Positions 1 to 9,926 are shown, counted from the stretch's first letter. The stretch is 64,000 nucleotides of DNA from Bacteroidales bacterium (GCA_017645275.1 JAGCPH010000037.1:29783-93782), one strand, 5' to 3'. A program made the numbers and translations. The notes: generated by a model not told the origin, from the letters alone.

Positions 1-2
1 TC

Positions 3-101
3 ATCGAGCCTGAAACGGAAGATGAGAAATGGCTCAACCAGCAAGCCAAAGAGATGCTGGAGGAGTCGAAGAAGAGAGCGCTTGCTATCGCTAGACGTTA
101 A
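3..101 (+). CDS. 3' end of an unidentified protein (partial, runs off window start)
   Basis: Open frame from the window edge ending ...AKEMLEESKKRALAIARR, with TAA at 99-101. Too short to classify. Confidence 0.3.
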   Translation: MEPETEDEKWLNQQAKEMLEESKKRALAIARR

Positions 102-1588
102 AGCGGAATAAGCGTACTGACAACAATGTTGTTGTTAGGCTCTGTCTGGCTCTCCACACGCGAGATGCCACGCTCTGGCCCATTCACAGGCGTCACGATG
201 GTGACAGTTGAACCGTCAGCCTTGATGGCACTCTCGATGAAAGCCATGATGCCGCCATCAAAGCTACAATCGGTAACCATATTATACTGCGGTACCTGCG
301 AGCGGTCGCAAATCACCGTTTCAGTAGTCAAATCAGCCAAAGTGTAGATGGTGAAACTCTGTAAGCCGTTGGCGACATTCGCCTGATAATAATGGCCTTC
401 CGCATCGAATTGGGTATATAACGGCCATCCGGCAGGAAGTGTATTGGCTGTCAGTTGATAGGTGTTTGCATTGAAAGTGTAAAGCGTCTCGCAGTTTGGC
501 CATGAATAGTTTTCCTCATCGCTCACATATATCAAAGTCTGCGCCATTTCACATGGGTCTGCAATGAAATAGCCTGTAGCGACAGCTGTTCCCGTCGCCG
601 CATCGCCATCGATATCGACACGATAGATAGTGCCTTCATTATTATCGTCGGTATAAACCGACACGAAATATTTACCACCAATGCAACGCATTGCAGGCCA
701 ATTGCTGTCACCCCATCCCGTAGCCACTGGAATGCCTTGTATTGCAGGCAGCTCGCCGTTTGAATTCATGATAGCAGCCACATGCGGTATATTGGCACCA
801 TAGCTGATGCATGTGCCAAGATGTCCCTCATTGTCCGTGATGGCATAAGCAATGTTTATAGGCTGCGTCTCAGTGCCTGGCAACACACTGATTACGTTGA
901 CATTATCCCCATTTATGCGAAGCTTCGCCAATCCGCCGTTATATCCTCCCGATGCGATAAAAATGTCGTCACCAACCTGGGCGATAAGACCCAATTTACG
1001 CAGTCTGTCACCCGTTAGATCGCCGTCCAAAGGCACTCCGTTATCGAAAATCCAAGGGATATTAGGACCTCCCCAGTATTTAAGGTTTCCTATCGGGAAT
1101 TTTGTAACGACATTGTTAAGGTCGTAAATCTTGCCATCGCTACGGCGGATGAGAAAGTTCTCGCCATAATCCGACCACCAGCTATGTTCGACTATACCTC
1201 TGATGTTGTCCTGCATGCTCTGGCTGAAAGCGTCGTAGTTGTTGCATTGGTAACGGCATCCCATGAGCCAGATGTAAACGTCACCCACAGGTATCATCGC
1301 GGTGATGCTGACAGTGAGGTTTTGCTTCAATTCCGAAGCGACACCGCTGTCGTCGCATTCGTATTCGTAAGCCATAATCTGCAGATTGCCGTTATCGTCA
1401 ACGCTATAAAGAAATCCGCCGCTCTCGCCGTCTTTAGCGCCGTCTTTGGCACCCAAAGCGAGGTATTTCGCACCGTTGAGGTTCACCTTGCTCATCTTAA
1501 AACTATAGTTTTTGTCTTTGTCTTTTTTCTTACAAGAAACCGTAAAGACAAGAGCCAAAATCATCAGAAATCCGAATAATTTTTTCAT
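98..1588 (-). CDS. hypothetical lipoprotein
   Basis: 496-aa ORF. N-terminal lipoprotein signal MKKLFGFLMILALVFTVSCKK. No recognisable catalytic motif. Confidence 0.7.
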   Translation of the reverse strand: MKKLFGFLMILALVFTVSCKKKDKDKNYSFKMSKVNLNGAKYLALGAKDGAKDGESGGFLYSVDDNGNLQIMAYEYECDDSGVASELKQNLTVSITAMIPVGDVYIWLMGCRYQCNNYDAFSQSMQDNIRGIVEHSWWSDYGENFLIRRSDGKIYDLNNVVTKFPIGNLKYWGGPNIPWIFDNGVPLDGDLTGDRLRKLGLIAQVGDDIFIASGGYNGGLAKLRINGDNVNVISVLPGTETQPINIAYAITDNEGHLGTCISYGANIPHVAAIMNSNGELPAIQGIPVATGWGDSNWPAMRCIGGKYFVSVYTDDNNEGTIYRVDIDGDAATGTAVATGYFIADPCEMAQTLIYVSDEENYSWPNCETLYTFNANTYQLTANTLPAGWPLYTQFDAEGHYYQANVANGLQSFTIYTLADLTTETVICDRSQVPQYNMVTDCSFDGGIMAFIESAIKADGSTVTIVTPVNGPERGISRVESQTEPNNNIVVSTLIPL

Positions 1589-1620
1589 AGTTTTTTATTT
1601 AAATCGTTAGTAATCAGGTG

Positions 1621-1628
1621 CAAAGTTA
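1621..1628 (-). promoter_or_regulatory. Bacteroidota -7 box (TAacTTTG on minus strand)
   Basis: Forward caaagtta, 33 nt upstream of the ATG at 1588. Confidence 0.5.
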
Positions 1629-1657
1629 TAAATAATTTTTAATAAAAATCAAATACT

Positions 1658-2770
1658 TTACTTTTTTTCGCCTAAAATCGCCCATCTCAAGAATGGTATT
1701 CTTCTCAAAACTTCATAAATCGCTGGCGAGAGTGTAAACACTGCCACGGTCAAGATAAGATATATCGCCACCGGAGGTAATGTGGTGTGGTATTTCATCA
1801 TGTAGCCGAGGCTCGCAATCACCAGATAATGAACGACATAGAAGCCGAAACTCGAGCGTGTCATGTAGCCTGCGAAGGCGTTGGTTTTGTCGAATTTCGC
1901 CTTAAACCAGCCCATAAGCGCAAGGCACATCAGATAGCCGTAGAGGCAGTTTAGCGGACTCGCCATATACTGCGGCGTGGTGTTGGTTTGTCCGAAAGTT
2001 GTAATAACCAAAACTGCTCCTGCAATGACAGCGAAAATCATCATCGGAGCCCAGAACTTGCTAAGCATTTCCTGCACTTTCTCGTGCGAAAACACAAGAT
2101 ATCCCATCATGAAGCCGATGAAATAAAACACAGGTTTGTAGAGGTTATACAAGCCGTCAGCCGACTGTGCGCGCGGATTCATGATGAGGGTCTTCTCCCC
2201 AAGCCAGAACAGCACCACGAGCAGTATTATCACCACCATGCCCGACTTCATCTCGCCAAGTTTGCCGCACCAATTCAGTAACTTGTCGTTTTTATCAATC
2301 TTTCTGATGATTAGCAAGATCAATGAAAACAGCCACAGATCCTGGATAAACCACAGTGGTCCGATGCCGTTCACCGACCAAATGAGATACTTGAAAGGCT
2401 GCGGCACCGCTGCCAAAACATCGGTTCCACTGACATGGGTGTTGAAATACCCGACCATCCACTGGAACACAAACAATCCGATGGTGGCAGGGACCAACAG
2501 CTTGCGGGTTCTTGACTTAAACCATGTCTTGCCATCACGGTTTTCCAAAGCATAACGTGAGCTTATTCCTGCCAAAATGAACAGCAGCGGCATAAACCAA
2601 GGGTACAAAATGTACATTAGCACGTCTTGGTACTGCGGGCCGTCGCCGAAGCCGCCCACGCCGCCGAAAACGCCCTTGTTGTTGTAAAAATAAACCACGT
2701 GGTAAAGCAGCACCAGAAGCACCGTCACCCAGCGCAGGTTGTCAATCCAAAATTTTCTTTTCGTTTCCAT
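1658..2770 (-). CDS. acyltransferase family 3 (OpgC/OafA-like) integral membrane protein
   Basis: 370 aa and multi-TM. N-terminus RKFWIDNLRWVTVLLVLLYHV is typical of Acyl_transf_3. Confidence 0.75.
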   Translation of the reverse strand: METKRKFWIDNLRWVTVLLVLLYHVVYFYNNKGVFGGVGGFGDGPQYQDVLMYILYPWFMPLLFILAGISSRYALENRDGKTWFKSRTRKLLVPATIGLFVFQWMVGYFNTHVSGTDVLAAVPQPFKYLIWSVNGIGPLWFIQDLWLFSLILLIIRKIDKNDKLLNWCGKLGEMKSGMVVIILLVVLFWLGEKTLIMNPRAQSADGLYNLYKPVFYFIGFMMGYLVFSHEKVQEMLSKFWAPMMIFAVIAGAVLVITTFGQTNTTPQYMASPLNCLYGYLMCLALMGWFKAKFDKTNAFAGYMTRSSFGFYVVHYLVIASLGYMMKYHTTLPPVAIYLILTVAVFTLSPAIYEVLRRIPFLRWAILGEKK

Positions 2771-2778
2771 ATAAAAAC

Positions 2779-3294
2779 TTATATCTTCTTTGTCCTTATA
2801 AAATGCCCTTCCTGAATGGCGGCAAACGTTGCAAAAATAGCAATAATTATTATCGGAATCAATGATTCAACTAAAAATGTGACAGGAATTCCCACAAAAA
2901 GCAGAAATCCAGTCACTTTGTTCGCGATGGTATGCGGAAAAACGCATTTTTTATATATCACCAATGCCGAAATCTGATTAATGACTTTGATAAAAGCTAT
3001 CACCAAAACCCAAATCCAGATCCAATTCGGAAATGCTAATACTGGAATTAGCTTGATGCAACAGCAAGCCACAAATACGATGTCAGCCAAGCTGTCCAGC
3101 AGCGCTCCTATTTTGCTTTCGCAATGATATTTTCGGGCAATAGCGCCATCAAGCATATCGCTGATGCCACAAGCTAAATAAAGCACCCAGAAAGCAACGT
3201 CTTCAACTCCGAAAAAGAGCAATCCAAAAGCTCCTATGGCTCTGATAATCGTGATTATATTCGGCGTTGAGCCGATATTTAGTTCTTTTGTCAT
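2779..3294 (-). CDS. CDP-alcohol phosphatidyltransferase family protein
   Basis: Motif DMLDGAIARKYHCESKIGALLDSLADIV matches D-x2-DG-x2-AR...G-x3-D-x3-D. Membrane protein. Confidence 0.8.
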   Translation of the reverse strand: MTKELNIGSTPNIITIIRAIGAFGLLFFGVEDVAFWVLYLACGISDMLDGAIARKYHCESKIGALLDSLADIVFVACCCIKLIPVLAFPNWIWIWVLVIAFIKVINQISALVIYKKCVFPHTIANKVTGFLLFVGIPVTFLVESLIPIIIIAIFATFAAIQEGHFIRTKKI

Positions 3295-3632
3295 TACTTC
3301 CCTCCCAGATTCTCCTTTGCCTCAGCGCAATTCTCCCAAATGGCGCCAACCTTTTTGCAGGTGTTCTTGTCTGGGCAGTTGCCACAAGTCTCATAACCCT
3401 TGGCCGCTACACATTTATGCACCTCGCACAGATGGCTACAGAAGTAGAACTTCGGGCCTTCCACACGGCACCCCATGCAATTGATACTCTCGGGTGTAAT
3501 CTGATCAGTGTGATTCATCACGCACCATTTCTTCGCGACCTCGACACGCATCTTGTCGTCGTTCTTCATTGTGGCAATGCGAGCCTCACAGGTCTCGCAG
3601 TTAATACCACAACATGCAATCATCTTATTCAT
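3294..3632 (-). CDS. Cys-rich DUF3795-like protein
   Basis: N-terminus IACCGINCETCEARI plus further CxxC pairs. Assignment is from memory of the family. Confidence 0.55.
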   Translation of the reverse strand: MNKMIACCGINCETCEARIATMKNDDKMRVEVAKKWCVMNHTDQITPESINCMGCRVEGPKFYFCSHLCEVHKCVAAKGYETCGNCPDKNTCKKVGAIWENCAEAKENLGGK

Positions 3633-3898
3633 TTCTTCCAGCGTTTTAGCATTGGGAAGTACTTTCGCATCATCTGTTTGTACTCCTCCTTAGTCATAGG
3701 CTTGGGCATATTCTTATTCACATCGTCGACAAACTGAGCACAATGCTCAATCATCTCGTCCATCGTGCACTCCTGCAGGAACTGGCCATCCTTATAGCAA
3801 TACATGCAATAATCCTCGTTTTTGCTTCCGTCAGCGTTGGTGCCGAGGTTTTCAGCATTGAGCGGCATTCCGCAGCTCTGGCAGAATTTCTGTTCCAT
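3629..3898 (-). CDS. zinc-ribbon domain protein
   Basis: Starts MEQKFCQSCGMPL...EDYCMYCYKDGQF. Overlaps the next gene by 4 nt. Confidence 0.55.
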   Translation of the reverse strand: MEQKFCQSCGMPLNAENLGTNADGSKNEDYCMYCYKDGQFLQECTMDEMIEHCAQFVDDVNKNMPKPMTKEEYKQMMRKYFPMLKRWKK

Positions 3899-3905
3899 AA
3901 TATCT

Positions 3906-4430
3906 TTATTTGTTAAACTCTAATCTCAATACTCTGATAGGTCTGTTCTCGCCTTGATACTGGTTTTCATCGATACAGGTCTCGCCAGTCGGCACAAAGC
4001 CGCATTTCTCCATCACCTTGCCTGATGCGGGATTATCCACAAAATGACCGCTAATCAACGACTTGATATCAGTGGTTTTGCGAATATGATCCATCATCAA
4101 TTTCAATGCCTCGGTACATATCCCTTGATTCCAATACGGCTTGGCAATCCAATATCCGCAAAGCGGCTCATTGTCACGTGCCGGCAGCTCGCACTCGCAC
4201 GACGGACCGTATCCTATCGCACCAATGACCTCGCCAGTGGCTTTCAATACAATAGCCCAATTTGAGTCGTTGTTAAAAACGGTTTTGATGACTTCCCGAC
4301 TCTCCTCCACGCTCTTATGCGGCGGCCAGCCTGCTCTCGGCCCCACGTCAGGGTCGGATGCCCATTTGAAAAGTGTTTCAGCGTCATCATCACGCCAATG
4401 GCGAAGCAAAATTCTATCAGTTTCCATCAA
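3906..4430 (-). CDS. GNAT family N-acetyltransferase (RimJ/RimL-like)
   Basis: 174 aa. Starts ETDRILLRHWRDDDAE and has an acetyl-CoA-binding-like WNQGICTEALKLMMDH. Confidence 0.75.
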   Translation of the reverse strand: MMETDRILLRHWRDDDAETLFKWASDPDVGPRAGWPPHKSVEESREVIKTVFNNDSNWAIVLKATGEVIGAIGYGPSCECELPARDNEPLCGYWIAKPYWNQGICTEALKLMMDHIRKTTDIKSLISGHFVDNPASGKVMEKCGFVPTGETCIDENQYQGENRPIRVLRLEFNK

Positions 4431-5674
4431 TATTTCTCCACAAAATCTCTAATGATCTTGAAAATCGGCTCGTAAGTCACAAAAATACCGTTCTCGTATG
4501 TGTCGTAAATCGTGTGATAATACTGGAAAGCGTCGCCATTCTCGTTCTCGAACAGTATACACGGCACATGGTGCTCAGCAAACGGATAATGGTCGCTGTT
4601 GGCAGCCAACTCGCCGCGGTTCAAAGCCTCGAAATAATGGTTTTCATCATTGATTTTTTCCATCAAAGACAAGCCTCTCAAGCCCTCATCACTGATCTCG
4701 CAGTACTGTACCGGGTTGTTGTCGCCAATCATGTCGATATTGAACAGGTATTTGATTTGCGAAAGCGGTACAGTCGGGTTATCAACATAGAACATCGAGC
4801 CGTTCAAACCTGAGTCTTCGCCTGAAAATGCTATGAAATACATATCATATTCCGGCTTGTTTTTAGCATAATATTCCGCCAAAGTAACGATGGTGGCAGT
4901 GCCCGAGGCATTGTCGTTTGCGCCAGCATAATAAACCTTCTTGCCAAGGTTTCCGAGATGGTCGTAATGCGCCGTAAACACATAGCAGCTGTCGTGTTTC
5001 TCGCCGCTTACCTTTGCAATGACGTTGAAAAGCTCATAGTCTTTCAAAAACTCATTGTCGATATTCAGCTTCACATTTTTCACGCCTTTGATAGCCTCCG
5101 GAGTAATCCAAACTATCGGCTTGCCCATGACTTTGCTGCCGTATGCCTTGTAAAATTTGATTGGCGATGTCCAAGTCTGGATAAAACCTCCTACTGTGGA
5201 ATCTTTTTTATGCAGTGGCCTGAACTCCGGGTGGTTATACATAAACCAGAAGTCGCACACAACCATGCAGTTGGCATATTCTGGCTTTGCCAAGTCGGCA
5301 TACATCTTCTCCGCGTCGAAATTCAGCGTATCCACATGATACACAGGGAATTCGCCATGAACGCCCGGAGAATATTCTCTCATTGCGAAGTCGACACCTG
5401 GAGTGAGTTTCTTGCCGTCAGCCCACATGTCCATCTTTCCACAGAAAGTGTTGATGTCGATTTTGAAAGGCTGGCAAACCACCTCATCAACGCCGACTTT
5501 CTCAAACTCCTTGACAAGGTATTTCCCTGCCTTGTTAACGCCGCCCTTGGCATATCCCCTGCCCTGGTACTTTGCCGAACTCAATTCTTTCACAATCTTT
5601 TTGTAATGCTGTAAATCTTGTGCATTCAATGTAATGGCAACGAATGCCAATAATAAAATCAAAAATTTTTTCAT
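4427..5674 (-). CDS. secreted M28 family metallopeptidase
   Basis: Signal peptide. Zn-ligand context HYDHLG...ANDNASGTATIVTLAEYY...FSGEDSGLNGS. Confidence 0.8.
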   Translation of the reverse strand: MKKFLILLLAFVAITLNAQDLQHYKKIVKELSSAKYQGRGYAKGGVNKAGKYLVKEFEKVGVDEVVCQPFKIDINTFCGKMDMWADGKKLTPGVDFAMREYSPGVHGEFPVYHVDTLNFDAEKMYADLAKPEYANCMVVCDFWFMYNHPEFRPLHKKDSTVGGFIQTWTSPIKFYKAYGSKVMGKPIVWITPEAIKGVKNVKLNIDNEFLKDYELFNVIAKVSGEKHDSCYVFTAHYDHLGNLGKKVYYAGANDNASGTATIVTLAEYYAKNKPEYDMYFIAFSGEDSGLNGSMFYVDNPTVPLSQIKYLFNIDMIGDNNPVQYCEISDEGLRGLSLMEKINDENHYFEALNRGELAANSDHYPFAEHHVPCILFENENGDAFQYYHTIYDTYENGIFVTYEPIFKIIRDFVEKY

Positions 5675-6714
5675 CTTATGAATTTTGCTGTTTTTAACAC
5701 GTTTTCATCCTTGATTTGCAAGAAATAAATCCCTTTCTCCAATTCCGCAACGTTAATTGTTCCATCAGAGCAACCTGTAGCCACCTGTTGCCCCAAAACG
5801 TTGAAGATGGAGTAATCCACCATCTCAGATGGGATATTCCTCAAATACAGGACATCGGAGCACGGATTAGGATAAACTTCCAGAGACTGCTGGCATAATG
5901 TCTCGTTAACCGCCGAAGGATCAGCAGGAATGATATTTACTATGATACCCTCCAACTTGGTCATTCCGTAATAAAAATTAGGATCCGGAATGTCGTACCA
6001 GTTGTCCAAAGAGCCGCCATAGCCGAAGTTGACATGGAATTTGCCATCCGACTCGCGATAGCCGTCGACCACCACGTTGTGGCCTACCGTTCCCTCTGGA
6101 TTTTCAACGGCCATGTGGGCTGGATATCCGTCTTGCAGATTTGAAATCAAAATCTCGAACATCTCTTCAGTAGGCTCGCGGAAAAGCAGGCAGTCTTCGA
6201 AGCCAAACCGTTTGTAAGCCTCATACGCCTGATCCACATAGAATGTGCCCGAGCCTTCCGCCGTGTATATCTGCTTACAGGCTGTGCCGCATGCAAACAC
6301 CACCGCGGCTTTCAACAAGTCGGGAAGCTCCTCGCCGCGCTGCCAGATAGCGTCAATGGAATCGAGATACTCATTAAGCTGCGGAAACGACGGAAATTGC
6401 AACGATTCCCAGTCGTCGTCGATATAGTATTTGCGACCCGCATAGTTGTGGTAATAGTCGTCTTCATCGGTGAAGCGGGTTTCTTGTGTCGTCTGTAAAT
6501 AATTGATAATCTGTCCCATAGCAATAGCAGGACATCCGGCATAGCTGTATGCGTTGCTATAATACGGATCTCTTGGACAAAGCTGATTGTAAGGATAATC
6601 TTGGGTCCATTGGGATTTAAGAAGGAAATCCTGTGCCCAGGCACTTGATAGGTTGCTAAGACCTAAAATGGCCGTAAACGCTACGGTCATCATTACACGT
6701 AAAGTTCTTTTCAT
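5671..6714 (-). CDS. C10 (streptopain-like) cysteine peptidase with T9SS C-terminal sorting domain
   Basis: Catalytic-Cys context YAGCPAIAMGQIINY and His context GHNVVVDGY. C-terminus LEVYPNPCSDVLYL...GIYFLQI is a T9SS CTD. Confidence 0.7.
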   Translation of the reverse strand: MKRTLRVMMTVAFTAILGLSNLSSAWAQDFLLKSQWTQDYPYNQLCPRDPYYSNAYSYAGCPAIAMGQIINYLQTTQETRFTDEDDYYHNYAGRKYYIDDDWESLQFPSFPQLNEYLDSIDAIWQRGEELPDLLKAAVVFACGTACKQIYTAEGSGTFYVDQAYEAYKRFGFEDCLLFREPTEEMFEILISNLQDGYPAHMAVENPEGTVGHNVVVDGYRESDGKFHVNFGYGGSLDNWYDIPDPNFYYGMTKLEGIIVNIIPADPSAVNETLCQQSLEVYPNPCSDVLYLRNIPSEMVDYSIFNVLGQQVATGCSDGTINVAELEKGIYFLQIKDENVLKTAKFIR

Positions 6715-6739
6715 GGTTAATTTGTTTTAAAATTGCCCG

Positions 6740-6747
6740 CAAAGATA
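6740..6747 (-). promoter_or_regulatory. -7 box TAtcTTTG (minus strand)
   Basis: Forward caaagata, 26 nt upstream of the ATG at 6714. Confidence 0.5.
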
Positions 6748-6793
6748 ATAAAAAAAGACTCTCAAGCCATTTTGAAAGTCTTTTTTTCATTTT

Positions 6794-7015
6794 TTAATAC
6801 TCATCTTCGTGGAAGAAAAAGTCATCCTTGGTAGGATAGTCGGGCCAGAGGTCCTCGATACGCTCGTAAACATCACCCTCGTCCTCAATCTCCTGAAGAT
6901 TCTCTATCACCTCCTGCGGGGCTCCGGTTCTCATAGCCCACTCAAGAAGCTCGTCTCTAGTTGCCGGCCATGGAGCATCCTCCATCTTCGACGCTAATTC
7001 TAATGTCCAATACAT
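6794..7015 (-). CDS. DUF2795-like small protein
   Basis: MYWTLELASKMEDAPWPATRDELLEWAMRTGAPQEVIENL. Start moved to the M at 7015 because a -7 box (7040-7047) lies inside the longer ORF. Confidence 0.55.
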   Translation of the reverse strand: MYWTLELASKMEDAPWPATRDELLEWAMRTGAPQEVIENLQEIEDEGDVYERIEDLWPDYPTKDDFFFHEDEY

Positions 7016-7039
7016 ATCTATATCTTTTTTTTCGGGCTG

Positions 7040-7047
7040 CAAAAATA
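7040..7047 (-). promoter_or_regulatory. -7 box TAttTTTG (minus strand)
   Basis: Forward caaaaata, 25 nt upstream of the ATG at 7015. Confidence 0.5.
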
Positions 7048-7090
7048 CTACAATTTTTTATTTTGTCAAGAAAAATTTTTCAAAATTTTT

Positions 7091-7162
7091 AACTCTTTCG
7101 CAACCCTCTTTAAACTCTACACTTTTCAACTACTCTACACTCTAAACTCTTAACTCTAAACT
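7091..7162. repeat. G-free heptad-like tract (family D: AAACTCT/ACACTCT units)
   Basis: aactctttcgcaaccctctttaaactctacacttttcaactactctacactctaaactcttaactctaaact. Related copies at 9927-9990 and 22727-22779. Confidence 0.8.
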
Positions 7163-7691
7163 ACTTCGGCTGCCACTTCGTGTCGCCTTCCGAAAACACC
7201 CTCGACATCACAAAAAACATGTCCGACAAACGATTTAAATATCTCATTATCACAGGGTTAACCTCATGCTGCCTACTCATGCGCACCACGGCTCTCTCAG
7301 CACGTCTGCACACAGTACGGCATACATGGCATTTCGATGCCAACAGGTTCCCGCCAGGGATTATCAGACTCTTCAAAGGCTCCAACGTCTCGTTCATCTC
7401 GTCGATGAATTTCTCTATGCCTTCCACGTCGGCCTCTTCCATCTGAGGAAGCTGTTTCTTCAAATCGGAATTCTCGTCAGTCGCCAACAAGCATTCAGCC
7501 ACCAGAAGACGTTCCTGAATGCGTTTGAACACGTCGTTATATTTTTCCGTCGAGTCCATCAGCACCGCGATGAATGCGCTCAGCTCGTCCAAGGTTCCGT
7601 AAGCCTCAAGGCGCAAGTCGTCCTTACCTACCCTTGTGCCATTTACCAATGATGTGGTGCCTTTGTCGCCAGTTTTTGTGTAAACTTTCAT
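7161..7691 (-). CDS. pduO: PduO-type ATP:cob(I)alamin adenosyltransferase
   Basis: MKVYTKTGDKGTTSLVNGTRVGKDDLRLEAYGTLDELSAFI is the canonical N-terminus. Start set at the internal M. Confidence 0.85.
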   Translation of the reverse strand: MKVYTKTGDKGTTSLVNGTRVGKDDLRLEAYGTLDELSAFIAVLMDSTEKYNDVFKRIQERLLVAECLLATDENSDLKKQLPQMEEADVEGIEKFIDEMNETLEPLKSLIIPGGNLLASKCHVCRTVCRRAERAVVRMSRQHEVNPVIMRYLNRLSDMFFVMSRVFSEGDTKWQPK

Positions 7692-8095
7692 ACCTTTAAT
7701 ATATAATGTTCTTTTTTTATCCTTTTCATAACAAAAATCATGCCAAACTTCCAGCAATCGATGCTCAATCGCACCTTCTCGTCACCAATCAGCTTCTCCC
7801 AGTCCCTCTCATTATGCTTGCCGTGATGAATATCCTTCACTATCATCACGACATCATCTTCATTGAAAATCAATGGATTATTATTGATAAAATCTTTCAG
7901 ATTTTTATCCAGCACTTCATAAAACAGATCGTCATTTGAATCTGTCTGAATTGTATGCCGGTGATTTCTCGACTTCGCTCGAAATGACGAGGTGAATGTT
8001 TTCTCAAGCACCTCCTCATAAAGGGAAAATACCATCGGCGAATGCAGATGATATTTCCCCTGCGCTTTTCTACGATATTTCAAATAACTGATAAT
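7688..8095 (-). pseudogene. short ORF resembling the N- and C-terminal parts of a Bacteroidota SAM-dependent methyltransferase-like family, with the central region missing
   Basis: N-terminal part is MIISYLKYRRKAQGKYHLHSPMVFSLYEEVL. C-terminal part is DVVMIVKDIHHGKHNERDWEKLIGDEKVRLSIDCWKFGMIFVMKR. A family-A repeat copy sits at the junction (SSFRAKSRNHR). Family recalled from memory. Confidence 0.35.
7956..7990 (+). repeat. family A REP-like element (short copy), intragenic
   Basis: ccggtgatttctcgacttcgctcgaaatgacgagg. Confidence 0.75.
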
Positions 8096-8110
8096 CATTG
8101 ATTTAAACGA

Positions 8111-8132
8111 TGGGGACGCAATTGCGTCCCCA
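8111..8132. repeat. perfect hairpin tggggacgcaattgcgtcccca
   Basis: 9-bp GC-rich stem. It generates the spurious N-terminal extension of ORF 7688-8161. Confidence 0.7.
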
Positions 8133-8262
8133 TATTTTTGTCGCCTTCGGCGAGAAATCATTCAAAATCTGTTTTCAAAATCTTTCAAAATGTTTTACGA
8201 AGAATATTTTGTTTGATTTTTTAAAAGATTTTGTTTGATTTCTGCCCTTTAGGGCACCGAAT

Positions 8263-9894
8263 CTATTTCTTTATGAATTTTACAACACTGCTGTTGATCT
8301 TCACGAAATAAACGCCGTTTGCGAGGTCAGCCACGTTGACTGTGTTCTCGCCTTCGTTCACGTTGACATTCATCACCACGCGGCCAGCCATGTCGATGAT
8401 CTGTGCCTCTGCTGCTGCCTCAGCCTCGATCTTGACGATGCTGTTAGCTGGGTTCGGGTAGAGGTTGAACTTCACAGCCTCGTTCTCTCCGACTGCATCA
8501 TAGCCTGTGTAGACCTTGAAATCGGCAATCTCCCATGTCGATGCTGCTGCGTCTGTGCTGGTGTATTTGAATGCGATGTACAGATGGTTAACACCACCCA
8601 TGTTGTTCAATGTGTAGTTTGTTGTCGCCCATTCATAATTGCCTGCTGACCACTGGAAGTCACCTGTGATGTCAACCCAGCCGAATTCGTTAGGATCGCT
8701 CATGCCGTCATAGTCTTCCGACCATTTGATTTCAATAGGATTTCCATCAAATTTGTATGCGTTCATGAAAGCTACTGTAATATCATTGTATGAAGCACCA
8801 TTCAAGAGATCTGGTGTGATGAGCCAGTCTTCGTTGGCATGGTTGACGCTGCTTGCATAGCCGCTCATCTTTGCGTATGGGATACCATTGTATGAGCCTG
8901 TTCCCCACTCCTGCTCACCTAACACGTTGTAAGCCACAAATGGAGCCAAACCAGCTGCAAAGTCTGATGAGAAGATGCACTCAACATTCTGTGTTGTGAT
9001 GGATGCTGTTGGATAGGTGCCATCGGTCTTGTAGTCGATGTTAGCGCCGCTGTTGGTGTAAGGGAAGATAGCGAAATGCCATGTTGTGTGAGGTGTAAGC
9101 TGCTCAAAATACACGTCATTGTCTGTTGCATTGTATGCCACATGACCGTCTGATGCGTCTGTGTCGTTGGCAACCGGTGTACCATCAACCGGCACTGTGA
9201 TGCTGCCTGTTGAGCCAATCACCACATAGCCTCTTGGGAGCTGTGCGCCTGTCGAAGCTGTCCATGTGAGTGTCACCTTGGTGATGTCCAATGATGCCTG
9301 GAAGTTGGTTGGGTAGTTGCTCGGCTCCGGATCGATGACAGGAGCGCCGCCAGCCTTGTAGATGTAAATCAAACCATCAATGTTTGATGATGCTTTGTAG
9401 CATCCGAACAAAGTGCTTGTCTTGTTGTAACGCATGATGTTCTGCTCAACAGTGGCATCGTTTGATGCTGGGACAAAGCCGTCGCCGTCCATTGTAAGAG
9501 TCCATCTGCCTTTGTCGTCAAGAGTTGTCTGTGTCTTGAGGTAGTTGCCGCCACCTGCTGCGTACAGATAACCGCCTTTCACCTCATCGTAGAATGTGAA
9601 AGCGCTGCCTTCCAAGCCTATTGTAATCTCGTAAGGCTCAGTCTGGCTTGATGGATCTGTTGCGACTGATGTTGTGATGCTGCCACCGCTCTCTGTTATT
9701 TCAAGAGCATGACGGTTGTTCGATTTCTGATATGACATCACAAATGCTGTGCCTTCATCGTTAAAACCGACGAGGAGCACTTTGTCACCAGCGCTCAGCT
9801 CTGATGCCGATGAAACCTTTGTGTAGGTGTTGGTCTGAGCCATCATACTCAAACCCATTAGCACTACTGCTAATAAAAGTAAAGTTTTCTTCAT
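8263..9894 (-). CDS. T9SS-secreted surface protein (choice-of-anchor-J-like region plus T9SS CTD)
   Basis: Signal peptide. Contains ...NEDWLITPDL.... C-terminus is FNLYPNPANSIVKIEA...GVYFVKINSSVVKFIKK. Confidence 0.7.
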   Translation of the reverse strand: MKKTLLLLAVVLMGLSMMAQTNTYTKVSSASELSAGDKVLLVGFNDEGTAFVMSYQKSNNRHALEITESGGSITTSVATDPSSQTEPYEITIGLEGSAFTFYDEVKGGYLYAAGGGNYLKTQTTLDDKGRWTLTMDGDGFVPASNDATVEQNIMRYNKTSTLFGCYKASSNIDGLIYIYKAGGAPVIDPEPSNYPTNFQASLDITKVTLTWTASTGAQLPRGYVVIGSTGSITVPVDGTPVANDTDASDGHVAYNATDNDVYFEQLTPHTTWHFAIFPYTNSGANIDYKTDGTYPTASITTQNVECIFSSDFAAGLAPFVAYNVLGEQEWGTGSYNGIPYAKMSGYASSVNHANEDWLITPDLLNGASYNDITVAFMNAYKFDGNPIEIKWSEDYDGMSDPNEFGWVDITGDFQWSAGNYEWATTNYTLNNMGGVNHLYIAFKYTSTDAAASTWEIADFKVYTGYDAVGENEAVKFNLYPNPANSIVKIEAEAAAEAQIIDMAGRVVMNVNVNEGENTVNVADLANGVYFVKINSSVVKFIKK

Positions 9895-9926
9895 GTTTTT
9901 AATTTTTTGATGTTATTACTAAAATT

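Noticed and set aside
3906-3945. The 3' end of the GNAT gene (gttaaactctaatctcaatactctg) resembles the family D heptad tract.
   Set aside because: It encodes a plausible GNAT C-terminus (IRVLRLEFNK) and the match is short. It is likely coincidental.
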